Below, piece by piece: positions 40,092 through 54,027 of a stretch of DNA of 64,000 bases. Each line of letters begins with the position of its first letter. Position 1 is the first letter of the stretch. Where the stretch lies: assembly GCF_963853765.1 (NCBI RefSeq), contig NC_088857.1, forward strand, positions 39,432,001-39,496,000. Reading direction: 5' to 3'. Under the pieces are notes generated by a model, which was given only the letters and a program-made list of their open reading frames with translations, did not search any database and was not told the origin of the DNA. The translations under genes and the position numbers were made by a program. The DNA comes from Magallana gigas. Its lineage: Eukaryota.

Positions 40092-40460
40092 AAATAGTGC
40101 CTGTTTGGGAGGGTAACAGGTGAAATTGACACCCCGAGAAAACCATTGTCAACCGACGCGAAGCGGAGGTTGACAATGGTTTTCGAGGGGTGTCAATTTC
40201 AACTGTTATCCTCCCAAACAGGCACTATTTATTTTGTTATACTGAATGTCTTTTTTAAAATTTTTAAGAAAATTTTACTGCTTTTATATAGGAATAACGT
40301 GAATTCTACAGCGAACCGTACGCGCATAATTTTCGCGCATGTAACATTTTTTAATGTTACCCGTTGCCAAGTGCGTTGCTAACGCTAAGGGTAATAGTAA
40401 ATATTATTAACTGCGTCTTAACCAATCAGATTTCAGTATTTAACATGAAAGTATAACAAT
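40092..40460. mobile_element. Palindromic non-autonomous element (Crypton-like)
   Basis: Near-perfect hairpin 40092-40230 with arms of about 63 bp and a 13-nt loop GACGCGAAGCGGA, followed by a tail ending GTATAACAA. The family assignment is from memory. Confidence 0.65.
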
Positions 40461-43400
40461 ACAAAATACCGTCCCCTAACAACTAAGAGGGCGATCTACG
40501 AAAATTGGTTTAGGTAAATATGAATAATTCGACATAACTGTAATACTATCGGTAACATCAAGTTTTTAATATATTATGAGGACAATTTAATACATCATTT
40601 TTGCAAGTCTGTATTATATCAAAATAAAAATAACATGGTATAATATTTTATCACATATTGAAGTATTTAAAACAATTTAGGGTTGCATTTTGTCCTTTGT
40701 TTCCAGAGGCGCATTTATATAATATTTTCCCTTTTAGACATGATATAAATCAAATCCATTATGGCTGATGAAGCGTATAACATTTAAATGATAGCAGTCT
40801 AACAGTTTCCAACAATTATACAAGACACTGTTCATTGCAAGGTAGTATTTACCCACAATATTTAATCAAAAACACATTGCAAAAGAAGATATAAGTACAA
40901 AATTTGTCGAAGTGAGAAGGCGTATATGAAAACGTTAAAACTAATGATATTCACATATAAACAACTTCCTGACACAAATTGCAATTTGAGAAAACTGCTT
41001 GCTCAGGTGGATCATAACCTAAAAAACTACTTTCATAGAAGAGAAAAACCATTATCTGAATAGAATGTCTTGTTGTCAATGCTAGATCTCGATATATTGC
41101 CATTAGACTTAAGTCAATACATTATGCTTAGGTTCCAGATTATAATCAAAGACAATATTGCATCCTTTGCCTAAAAGCCTTCGGAAGTTCTGATACCGCT
41201 AAACAGAATTTATACCTTTAATTCCCATTTACTGGGAAAGAATAGATTGTGGAAACGCTTTCTGTAATAAATTTTCAACTTCTTCACCTGGGAAGTTAAG
41301 GCTTACGGATAATGCTGTCAAGAAATAATTAATACAGTCCGTTATATTTAACTCTGATCCAAAAAAGGTTATGAATCAGACGTCTCTCTGCTAACCATTT
41401 GATTAAATATTAGAAAGTGTTAGTGCATCATTTGAAAATGTCTTCTGTAGAATTTACGCTGGGGTTTTGTCTTGGTGCGGGGCTGGCTACCTTACTCTTG
41501 AAAGAGTTAAAAGGGTAAATAAAGTAGATAGCCTGTTCTAAAGAAAAAAATGTACATTAAAATTTACAGTAATATTGAGAGTGAACTAAAGATTAGTTAT
41601 TTGAAGTAGTTTCAAGATTATTCAAACAATGAGCACTAAACTGACTAAGGAAGGGGTTATGGGGATTGCACTGGTCCACATGGATAAACTACTTGAAAAC
41701 AAATGTACATGACTGTATGTAATATTGTACTTTGCAAGAATCCTGCTACATATAGTGATGATTGAAGATTTGCCTTACAACTCATGACTTTGGATTATTA
41801 ATGGCCCCAAAAGCAGTTCAAGTTCGTTCCGAAAGAATTTACCAGGGGGCTCTATTTAAAAAAAAATTTTAATTTGAAGATTTGAATTAGTTTTGAAATG
41901 CTTCAATATTAAATTGCAACATGCAACTGATATTATGTAAACTAGAGTTTGTATGAAATTGTGAACAGGTTACCGATATCTGTATGTTTGTGAGGTACAC
42001 TTTCAATCTGTTTTTATGGTGACACCGGTCCCCCACTACTTACCCATTCCCCGCGGGCCAGGACATGCCCATATTGGAAATTCTGAGATTTTTTTAAACG
42101 AAGAAGTTGTGGAAATAAAAATATTATAAAAATGTTTCTAAGCCAACTTTAAATTTGTGGATTATTACGTGTCATTTGTTTATAAAGTAAATGAGAAGGG
42201 CAGGTAACCTTGAAGAAATGTAACTCATTTTTTGTGATGTTCAATGTCATGTAATGATTTTAACTTCTCCTGCCACATTCATCGTTTATTAAATTCCTGG
42301 ACGAGCAAGTGCAGAAATAAGCACATTTTAAGTCATTAAAATCATCAAAGAACATATATGAAATCATTTGAAGTCATTGCCCGCTGGAATACTATTTAAT
42401 CGGGGTACGGAAAAAGGACCTTCCTGGTGTTATTAAAGCCGAGGGGCGTGAAAGATATGGTTACATGAGGCAAAGCAGCGTGAAAAAGGCTTTATCAATG
42501 ACGCTACTGGTCTCTACAACCTTTCGAACCAGTGTATCTTTGTTATGGTCTCACCTTGATGTGATATAACAAAGCTTATAAGGTCGCGTCGAGAGGTTAT
42601 CCACCAGAGTTAAATTATGTCAATTAGAAAATGCACCTTTTACTGAATAAACATAAGTAATTATATATTACTGTTACCGAACAATAAGTGTTGTCCTTTA
42701 ATTCGTTGTTTTATGTAACTGACCAATAATTATCAACAGGACCAATTTTTGGTGACTAAGAGCCAATGTTACAAGACTATGGCCTTAAGGTAGATGTGTG
42801 AAACGCAATGTGAGATAAAGTGTTGTAGGCCTGTCTTTTTCAATGTTAACCATTCAGTCATAGATGAAGCTCCTTCGAATCAGCAAGATTTTTAAGTTGC
42901 GCCATTTAACACTTCGTCCTTTTTATTATCTATTGAACAGTACTATAATAAATCTTTATAGATCTATACATATGAGTAAGACAAATTTTGCACACGTGCT
43001 TATTCGTCAACGAAAGTTCATCCAACTTTTTCGTGAATTTAACCAACCATGGGGTTTTACTCTGTAAAGTGAAGGGGGTCGGGGTAAAGGGATTATATTC
43101 CTTTAAAAATGTGATTAACGACGTGTCTGCGACTGTTAATGAGTTGTCATAAAGCCACTATCGATGCAGACAATATGGACGTTGTTACCATAATTGTTCG
43201 TCTCGGCCCTAAGCTAGTTGGATCGAATTTTAGAAAAATCGATATCTGTACTGAAATGATACTTCAGTATTTATTAGCTGCGACGAAATATCAAAATGTT
43301 CTTTTCTGATAGTCTCTCAAAGATTGGAAACGACTTTTTTTGGACATTGCGCACTAAGATTATTTAATTCTGATTCAGGTTTAGGAAGTGTAAGGCGTGA

Positions 43401-45364
43401 TCACAGACCGATTTGCAGAATCTGAACCCGATCCTGACAAAAAGACCTATAGACAAACGTTAAAGACGTACATGTATTTGTGGAGGTCGAACACCGGTGA
43501 TGGTCTAAAAAAACCCTAAGATTCCTCAGTCCTTCAAGTGCTGCTAAATGTAAAAGAATCGTTTGCGATTTTCTCAAGGTTTATAAGATAGCTTTTTTTC
43601 ACCCATATCGCAAAAATGAGAAAAATATTCTAATAAAATATTTATAATGCAGTATGATATTGACGCAGTATCAAAATATTAATCAAAATGTAGCACAAAA
43701 TGAAACCTGAAACTGCATTGTACATGATTGTGTTAGAAGTTCCTTGCCTAGAAGTTGTACATGTTCATAAGGAGTTCGAGGATCATGTTGGTGATGTCAC
43801 CCTCATTCAGCATGTGTTAAATCTGAAACAATAGAAATATGATTTATATTCTAAGACACCGGCAACTTAATTAATCTAGCGATATCTTGTTCACAATTAA
43901 AATATATCATACACGCCCAACGCAGTGTGACAATACTATCATAATGGCACTATCATGATGACAGCTTTTGGTCCCATTGATTATATATTAATAATTAAAG
44001 AAGTCATTTCCAGCACGACTTGCAGGATAACCAGACTATAAACACAAATTATCACTGTGTGATGTGGGACGTAATCTAGTAGTTAACAGCTAAAACTCTG
44101 TATAAACTTTAGTGGATTAATGTCATTCCCACATACTTTAAGGGTATTCACCCACATTCAGTTATGATTGATAATTGATTCGCATATTAGGATTACACTT
44201 AGGGTAAATCATATAGTTTTAATGAGTATTTCTTAGTTTAATTCATCGTAATGTAGAAAGCTGGGCGAAAAATGTTCTCAAGTACGCATACAGTTGATTA
44301 AATCAAGCGAATTTCTATCAAAACATGTACAGATTAATCAACAAACATAATTCTGTTGGTTTGGTTTACAGAAAACGTTAGCATTCATAGAAAGTAGAGT
44401 CAATATGTCGTCCTCGAGTGATCATGAAAACTATTTTCTTTGAGATGATTCTAGGCTTTACACTGTAGCAAGAGCTTATTCGCTTGCATTCAGTCACAGA
44501 TATCACTAAACCATATGTTCAAAACTTCTTATGTTGAAAAGCCATTAGGACGGAAGAAGATACTCGTGTTTTGACTTCAGCCTGTGTTTTTATTGACGTT
44601 GCCAACCATTAACTGTCGCGGTATGTCAGCTCCCCTTTCCATTTCAAAGACATGGTTTTATTCATTTGACATCAGAGTGTCATCTTGCAAGCACGATTTT
44701 CTTTTTTCTGTTTAGAATAATACGGGGTCTAATTTGTATGTGATTGATTTCTTCTACGATATTTGAAATTTGTTGATTTCATCTTGTTTGTTGGACTTGT
44801 TTGTAAAACAATTTGCTTGGCATCTGATAAGAAGTTCAAATTGGATAATGTGATGCTTGACAGGATATCAACCCTTCTAATTGAATGATCACAAGAATCC
44901 AGTTTTGAAACCAATAAAGCGAGTACAGATATTTTTTTCTGCCTGAAATTATGACTTTGTATAAAACAATAAACATGAACATGAGTGAATTATACCAATA
45001 CATAGAATTGGCTTTAAGATCACTCATCATTAAACCACAATATTTTAAAGCACACGTTTACAATGAGCAGACGTTAATGTTTGTGTACTTGCGTCAACTT
45101 TGTGTTCATGCAGCGTCTGAACTAAGAAATCTGCTTCGAGATCACGACTAAATCGAGTTTTAACATCATATTGTACGAATGAATATAAGCAGTGTTTGAA
45201 CTTTTGATTAGGAATACACGGTAGACTGTTTCGAGAGTGACTGAATCTTTAGCTAAACAAAGTGAATTAACTGACATGCAAGACAATCACAAAACCTTTC
45301 TTATATGGAAAGAGTGGCTGTCTTCATTTCACAATTCAATGATTGACAAATGTGTCGGTATAAG

Positions 45365-45367
<3 letters not shown>

Positions 45368-45402
<35 letters not shown>

Positions 45403-45508
45403 CGACCCCCCCCCCCCTGGAAAATGAAAATTTATTAAATTTACATAGTAAAATTATCGCGAAAATATGCCTCGGACCCCCCCTGGCAAACACAATTATC
45501 CTTCGGAC

Positions 45509-45539
<31 letters not shown>

Positions 45540-45542
45540 ATG
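45368..45542. mobile_element. Non-autonomous DNA element (MITE) with poly-G/C tracts, copy 2
   Basis: Same TIRs and internal sequence as 6280-6461 in opposite orientation; 5-bp TSD AGATG. Confidence 0.85.
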
Positions 45543-46573
45543 AGATGATAATATTTATACATATACATGTAAGAATCTGTTTGACTTCGATATTTGTTTG
45601 TTACTTGCAATATGTTCAGCGTAGATAAAAAATTCAAACAGCCACACTATGAGTGTAAAATTAATTGGAACATTTCATAGAGGTAACATTTAAAAATGTT
45701 TGTGACCAGGAAGGTAACAAGCATATAAAAGTTTGAACATTAAAACTCTAGGGATTCATTGCATTGCATTTGAGGTTGATATAAAGAGAAGCTAGATGGC
45801 TCTTTGATTTAAAGTATGAAATTGCTACTCAGGCAGACGATACGGCCCATGGCCATCTTCTTGAATTTTCCCACATCTTATTAATATAAGCTGAGAATTC
45901 AGTGTTTTATATTGAATAACTTTTTTTTCGATCTCTGCACAGTTTTTACCTCTCATTCCTCTTTTTTCTTTCTGTGTTTAAAAAACAGACACAAAATTTA
46001 AGTAAACAAAAGTAAAGCATCTTGTATGCATAACATTCCACGAAGAACGTTTAGTAAGCAAGAGACTGCAGCTGGCGCTTACCCAAAGTTCAATTGCAGC
46101 GATAACACAAGTATCGCATGTTACACGTGCTATGGCCTATCTTCTTGAAACTCTGTATAAAATAGTTCCGGGTTAGTTTTAAAACTAAATTACCACTCAG
46201 TTTTACGAGTCGATATTTATCTTTCGTTTTATTTCCTTGTTTTGTTGTCCGGGGCTAAACTGATGCAATCAGGGTCGACTGTGTATATTTATAGTGAAGG
46301 TGGTATACGTTCTTTTCTAAGTACAGATCGACATCTGATTCAGTACTGTTTTTCAATTGGTGGTGAAAAAACTTTACATGGATTGCATACTGTGAATGTT
46401 AAGCGGGCGTTTTCGTAGTGGAATTTAAAGTACTTTACACAACACAGGAGTGGAGAGATATACACAGTAGTAGTTATTACTTTCGTTTTAATGCAAACCG
46501 TTGACTGTACAACGTGATGTGATTAATACGTTTCACACCTTGTCTAATTTAAGGTTGAGGCCAACGGACAGAC

Positions 46574-49500
46574 ATGTTAACCATCTACCACCTCCTGAGG
46601 ACATGCCTCTGGACTTTACCCCTGTTTACTGTTATATGGTCGGTCTCGGGTTTCGCTATAACGTGAGTAGAAAATTTTTCATAACACAAGGGTTAAAAAA
46701 CAAAATTTATTGTGTGATGTAATAGCCATGATGTATTAATTTGTTTTCGTCTCATCTTTGTTAAGGAAGAATTTTTTCCCTAATGACTACACCCTTTTCT
46801 TATAAGAGACAAATAGTCCCATCACGTGTGGATTGTTCAAAATCCGTGTATGTACCAAGGTGCATGAACTTTAAAATTAAGATTTCCGTGTTTGAGATCT
46901 ATTGACTTTGATCAATGTGAGATTTATTGTCAAAATTAATCACTCATAGCACTTTCCTTCGAGTACAGGTCCTTAAATACATGCAATATCAAGTAGGACA
47001 TTTTAAACTAATGGTTAGTATGGTGACGTACTTGATACGAAGGCGCTTTTTGAGAATAATATTCTTTTTTCAATTGCAAAATATCTTCTGTGGTATTAAT
47101 TATTCAATGTTACAGGCTCTTCTTTGTAGGTTCTCAGTTGTGCAATCCATTCCTTAAATAATACTGAACGTCCACTGCATGAAATAGTCAAGTGCATATA
47201 TCTATGAGATGAAAAGAAGAAACCTCATATCAAAGGAATCAAAAACAAATGAAACCTTCAAACAAAACAATGGCGTGTGTTTCTAAAGTATGAGCACATT
47301 TACCTGGCTATACTATTTTAAATACATAAAAAAGCGTAATGAATAATCATGTCAAAGTACTTTTATTAAATATTAACATAGCCAATAATAGATACTTTTC
47401 AACACCACGGGCTGTTTTTTAGTATTATCTGTCTGGAGAAAGCAATTCAAATCTATTAGTGTCACACGGATGAATTAGCACTGTAATGAAAAAAGACTTA
47501 TTACAGTAAGACAATTTGTTTTCTTCCGTGCGGGGTGGGGGTGATGAGCTATATTTAGGACTCTCAATTTAGTAATGTTGGTTACAGTTTATTTTTACAT
47601 TTTTGTTATTGACTTTATTATATCAATTCCCTGCCTACCTTGCTTCATAAAATACATTGCTCATCAAAAATATGTTTTCATTAGCTAATGGACTGGAAAT
47701 AAATGAGCCAACCAGATGTAAATCTGAACATTCAGTTGCTGTGATTTTTCTTTTTTTAAACAATTGCCGGGTTTTTTTCTCAACTCAACAAGGGATAAAT
47801 TGAAAAAAAGACGTAATAACAGAATAAAAGGTAATCAAAAGGTAAAGACATTACGTTCCATAGTAACTAAGGTGCGTTAGTTTTCCACGTTAATTGTAGA
47901 TTAAAGACGCATGTGAATTACAGTAGCTACGTCACTTAATTAAACCAAATCAAATGCATTCCTTAAATCAACAAGGGAAGTAAGAAAAAAAAGGAATAGA
48001 CATAATAACTGAGATAAAAAATCAGACAAATGAGAAAAACGTGACTTTCTACTAAGGTGCGTTCATTGTCCATGCTAATTGTAGATCGAGGATGTATATA
48101 TAGATTGACGACAGCTAGCTCACTTAAACCAAATCAAAACCCATTCTTTCTCCAGCTGATCTTGGAAGGCTTGCTGACTGTTATCCGGATGATGCATCCG
48201 GATTTCAGAAAATAATTAAATGCCAGTATTGTCGTCAGAGAATGGTGAACCGATATTCTTTTTCCCATGACTCTAATCCCATGAATAAAAACTTTATCGC
48301 AGGATTAAATGAATCTGGATATAAAGGAATTGTAACTCATTACATATTTGATTATCAGGAGTTTTGGTATATAGACAAGATAAAAATTATTTTCATTTTG
48401 CCAAGAGAATTATTGTTGCGAGAAGAAGTCAGCTGCTCTGACAAGGGTTGCTGCGCCGAAATATAGTTGAAATACAATGCATGTAAATCACTTCGAGTCT
48501 AAAGAAAATAACCCTTTTTGTCTACAACATTTTTATTTTCTCATAAGGTTTGAAGAGATGAACTCTTAAAATTCGTTAAGCACCCCAAACGATTTAGTCA
48601 ATGAAGATCCTTCTATATTCCACACATTCGCTGGTTTTCCCAAAGATAATACAAGTAGAATCGCACGCATATTTCTACCCTATTCTATCGAGATCGATAT
48701 TTCTTGTTTGAAATTTATTTTTTGTTTAAATTTTTGTCCAAATTCAAACCTGTCATTTTATTAAACACCCGAGACCCATTAGTTTATGCCAGTCAATTCT
48801 CAGTACATCATGAGATCTAGACGTGCATTTATATCAACTGATCATGAAAACTCAAACTCAGTTTGGTTCCGTATAAAATTGGCAGACTGTTTCATTATAT
48901 GATGTATGTATCAACATATCAACGAGTTTTACGCAAATGACGATCGACAGTTTTTGTTATAAAAAATTTCTAACACATGTGTAAAATGGAAATATTTAAC
49001 CTCATTCAGTTTCATAGATCCGTAAGGACAGCATTTACTGCCACAAAATACTACAAAAAATTATTATTGGTCTCATAAGGCCAGTTCCAAACAGTTGTAG
49101 TCAACAAACGTTATTCCTATCAATGGAATCATAAAAGACGAGCAGACGTCAATGGTGATTTACCAAATACACTGAAGTACTATTTAGGAACGCCATGTTT
49201 TGATCATGCTCAGAGCGTTCCAGAGATTTAGGAGAAGAAAAATGCGGACAGTATGAAGCTACTTCTAAATACAATTGGCAGTGCTTCTGTGTGTAGTACG
49301 CTTGTCCTTGAAGATCCCTCCGTCCATCCCACTTCAGTGTCGGCTCTGGGATCATTAAGAGACGCTGATTACCACTCGGAAGCGATGCTAACGACCGCTC
49401 CATTTAGGAACCCCAGATCGAGATTTTGAATTGCTTTTATTAATGCGGTGTATTTCATTGCAGGTACGGCATTTCCCAGGCATTGAATCACACCTCTAAT

Positions 49501-52500
49501 GTGTTTCCATACATAAGGTATTGGAATTAATATGATGTTGATAAAGCAGACATATTGATCAAGCTATCTTTTTTGTATTATACACTTAAAAACTTGCATT
49601 TTAGTTGATAATACAAATTTTCAAAAATTTATTCCCTATATAAGTTATATTACACATACTTAGAAAGTTAATTAGTTTTTTAAAACTTCATTCGTTTCCA
49701 TGAATGCATATGCTCTCAGCTTTTGGGATTTCAGTTATTATTTTCAGAATAATTCTCTTGTTTCAGATATGTGTATCATGCACTGTTTTTGTTTTTCAGC
49801 AAAACAGGGACAGAAGTTCCTGAGAGAGGGATTTTCTCCTTAATCGTCTTTGTCTGCAGTCTTTCAAGTAAGTGGTTCTAAAAAATCGAAAACCGTGGTC
49901 AGCGCTATTTACTACAGTCTCATTTCTGTTTAAATGACTCCTTTTGCAGAAAGTGATGAGTCAGTTCGACACATTTTGTCTCCTATGCATGTAAGAGTGA
50001 TTCGTTGTTACTGTAATGTTTAGGGTGTGCCAAAACAGCTTGTTTATATAAAAGTATAATATTGTGAAGTTCAAGTACCATACAATAATTTTTGTTAAAT
50101 ATGATTATCAGTGTTAAAAAGCACTTTGAGACCTACGTACAAAGGTGTTTAGGTAACCTCGTTAAGCATAAAAAAGGCTTTCCTATTATTTTCCGTACGA
50201 TGACGCTCCCGTATAGATCCGAAAGTGTCTGTAATGACACGACTAGGACCCACCTGCTGGGAACGACTCGCATTGATAACAGCTAAAATTGAAAGCGCTG
50301 AGAAAACTCGTATTAATAACACCTAGAATGGAAAGCCCTTCCGTTCTGATATTATTTTTCTGTTTCAGTGGCTCTTAATTCAGAGATCCGATTCCAGTAC
50401 GTCCGCCTTATGATGACACAAATGTCCTTGACCCCTGCGGAAAAGTCCCGTTGGATCACCGCCAACAAGTTGACCTTAGGACTCGGGCTTATCGCCTCGT
50501 TTGGGCTTGTCTTTGTTGCAAGTTTCCAGGTAGCAAACCTGTTACTTTCCTACGTTAACTTTATTTTTCAAGTCTGAAACCAATGTTCAAAGTAAATGTA
50601 TTTACTACAATCCAAGATCGTCAAACTAAGTTGTTATGGTTAAGTTTTGGAGTCTTTGAATATAAAAAGTTTACATGTAATGTAACATGATCCCGAAAAA
50701 TTCAATTGTTACCAATGTTCATAATTCACACTAATGAATTTACATAAAAAACACCTCAATTATAGCTATAGGTAAGACTATCATAGTGATTATTTTAATA
50801 CAATTACAAATACATGTATCATACACTCTTCATCATATTTTACTTGTGTAGGTGGATACATTACCAGTGCCTCATTACATGGGAGCTTTCGTGACCTTTG
50901 GCCTTGGGTTCATTTGCTGTTGGATTCACGCAGCCATAACCTACAAACTGTATAAAGAAGAGAGAAAGTCAATGCTGAAACTCACGTTTGTTCTTCAGGT
51001 TTTAGTCAGCATAACAATCACAGTCAGTTTCATCACATGTATCCTTTAACAGAGGGAAAATTATACCAATTGTTTATTTTTAAAAAGAGAATATAAATGT
51101 AAAAAATTTTAAAATCACTGATCATGTTCTCTAAAATTTGTTACCTAACTTTCAGAACTTTGATTTTACATGCATACAACTGATTAGAGCTCTGAAAATC
51201 TGTTGTTATTCGATACATTTCGGATTGACGGTCTATTGCGCTGTAGTGCTTAACACACTTGAATCTTGCAATTTACGGCGTACACAAATTTGCACACAAT
51301 TTGAAATAATTAATCTAATTTCCTTAGATACTCTGTACAAGTATTCGATACAAAAAATCATCAGACTGTTATCACATATATCACTTTACTTGCCTCTAAA
51401 CTTCCCCAGGCCCGTAAAATGAAGTAGACTAAGTGTGATTTGTTTGCATGTTAAATTGGCGACTCTAGGTCTTGATCACATCATTTTCGATTTATGAGGT
51501 ATGTTAGCGTTTAAGAGAAGATTCCAGGCAATTGAAGCGACAATAACAGTAGCTAAATATTAGACTGTTTGAAAAATTTATAATTTCAAGTATTTACAAA
51601 TATAAAATCCATGTTTAGTATCTTGAAATATTAGCTGTTAGACGATAAGTGTATTTGCAAAGGGTAAGAAAGGTATGGCAGAGGGCAAGGCTTGTCCAGC
51701 CCTCTTCGCATTTTCGGCCCGTACCCAAATATCGCCTGCATGTATATTTCAAGACAGCATAACCACATATTTTGTTTATCCGGCAAGATAATTTCACATG
51801 CTACGCCTCAAACAAGACATGCAATCAAGGAATTGTAGCTCTTTATTCCGTCAGCCGGATTTTTTTGTGTTGAGCTACAGATCTGCAGCTGGCAAATGAT
51901 CAATTTGCAAGCATTTTCACCTTTATTTTACATCCTTTATGTCGGAAAGATCATAAATCTATTCAAATGGGTGTATGTTTGGGAAGATAGATGAAGGTAT
52001 CCGCCATTGTCGAATCTCGCGCCAACAACCAACTAGTTGACTGTTCATGTTTTTATGAAAATTGGATATTAAGACATTATCATTCTAGTACTAATGATTG
52101 GTTCTTTTTGAATATCATGTCATGAAAACAAGCAACTGATGATAAACGCAACCCTAACGATTTCTACAGTTGGTTAAATTTTCTTCACGAAAGTGTGAAG
52201 GGGCCTTTAGTAACATGCCATGAATTATTCATTAGGACGAAAAACATCTGCTAACTTATACACCACTTACATTTGTAAGTGGTCATGGTCAGTAGGCTTA
52301 TTTGGGATTGATGTTGAGTTTCTATCTTGACTTTTCGTTTTGAAACAATGGGTTATACAAATGCACATGTACTATGTATGACTCCATTCCACATGATTCA
52401 TTCAACATCATAAGAGCAAGATGTAAACTTAACTTGAATATCATATGAAAAAAAAAACGTTTTCATCTTTCGAAGATCACAAAACAGACTTAATATCTTA

Positions 52501-54027
52501 AGCCTCTTTTGTGAAAGAATTTCTACTTGATGAAACGACTACCGCGGCATAACCAAAGATTCTAAATAACTCGAGTAATATTTAAGACAGAACTGCTTGC
52601 TTTATTTAAGTTGCAGAAGGCTTAATAAAGTCTCTTAGTTGTGACAAACAGAATGTCCATGGCTGACATACGGGGAGATCAGTGAACTCTGAACACGATG
52701 TTAAGGCTTGGCAAGTTGATTGCGATTCGTGATTGTGAGCAATTGAGAGTGATTTTCTCCTCGCTTTGGATAATGAACGGCCTTGGGTTTTATTAATTAA
52801 AATTATTTCTTTCTAAGAGGCTTTAGGGGCTCTTTACAGATGCCTTTGCATGGTTTACGCGACACATTTACGCTTCATTAGCCTACCTATAAACGGTGCT
52901 TTGAGGGGAAAATGTAATTGATGAATCTTTCTTTGCCACTAGAGGAATTGAGCAACATCACACGTTAACGTCATTCCGGGTTTTTTTTAAATTTCATTTA
53001 AACATTCTTTCATATATTTACTCTATGTCAGCAGTTTGGAAGATTGATGTTTTGTTTCATTAAAGTGTTCCACCGATTTGCACAGAATAAGGACTAATTT
53101 TCTTGATGAACGATAATAACCTATGAAAATTGAATGTAGAACTTTGTGTGCACATTGATGCATACTTTAGGCATGCCACAGTATGACGAAGACATTTTCC
53201 GTCCGCATGTTATAATCATATTATAAAATCTCATAATCCTTAACCTAAAAAGTCGTTATCAGCTTTGCATCATACAGATATCAGAAGAAACAGGGACACG
53301 GCACTAAAGAGGTATTTATATATGCTAGATTCTAAAAATAATATTTTGTAGGGAAAAAAAGTTTAAAAATTTGTTTACTGAAGATTAAAAGATTTTAAAA
53401 AGATTATGATCTGAGTAATCTGGAATCAAGGAAATACACTTTTAAGACAGAAAAAACCATTGACTTTATATCATAGCAGGGAATCTCGTACAATGTCATG
53501 TTTTTATATGAAAGTAAGAGACATCTTAAAGGCGAAAAAAAGATTCTCAATCGATCCATGAATATGTGGCAAATTAATTAAAAATTTCTGTCTGAATTTT
53601 TCATATTAAAATTTCTTAAATCACGTTGTACATTCAGTAGATTTCACCATTAATAATACATCGCGAATTACGTTTACTTTGCAGAGAGAGTTACGAGGCA
53701 TTTTTCAGTCGGCCTCTACCTCGGAGTGGGTTTTGGCGATTGCCACTATTTCCTATGTCCTTACCTTTATACCAAGTTTTAGAAAATTAGAATTTGATGG
53801 TTTCAATGTTAAGTTTAAACAACTGGCAACAAACAGCAAAACAGTAAGTAGCATCACTTAACAAACATGCATTTATGTGCAGAAAAGAGAACGGAATTGA
53901 AATTAAATGCATATTAATTTATTTATTTAGTAATAAGTTTGACACGCCTCTATCTTTTTATAATTTAATATTTCCTCTTAATTTTTCACAGAATGTTTGT
54001 CTGAGGCTGTGTAACTGTTGCTCTTGA
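46574..54027 (+). CDS. TMEM150/DRAM (Frag1/DRAM/Sfk1 family) six-pass membrane protein, about 270 aa
   Basis: Exons 46574-46662, 49464-49517, 49800-49867, 50369-50529, 50852-51038, 53253-53311, 53685-53843, 53992-54027 (813 nt, all in phase). Family motifs: LPLFTVIWS, NHT..VFPYISKTG..VPERGIFS, IRFQYV, LVFVASFQVD..PVPHYMGAFVTF, SEWVLA..ISYVLTF..SF. If the last intron is retained, the protein ends ...KTVSSIT* at 53861. Confidence 0.9.
51039..53252 (+). other. U12-type (minor spliceosome) GT-AG intron in the TMEM150/DRAM gene
   Basis: 5' splice site GTATCCTTT at 51039; branch site TCCTTAAC at 53237-53244; AG at 53251-53252 with no polypyrimidine tract. Of the two AGs just downstream of the branch site, only this one keeps the frame into the downstream canonical exons. 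Confidence 0.88.

Noticed and set aside
45237-45637. ORFs of about 100 aa here and at 6011-6325, 23544-23822 and 31904-32116
   Set aside because: They read through poly-G/C MITE sequence; the Gly/Pro runs reflect homopolymers, not protein.
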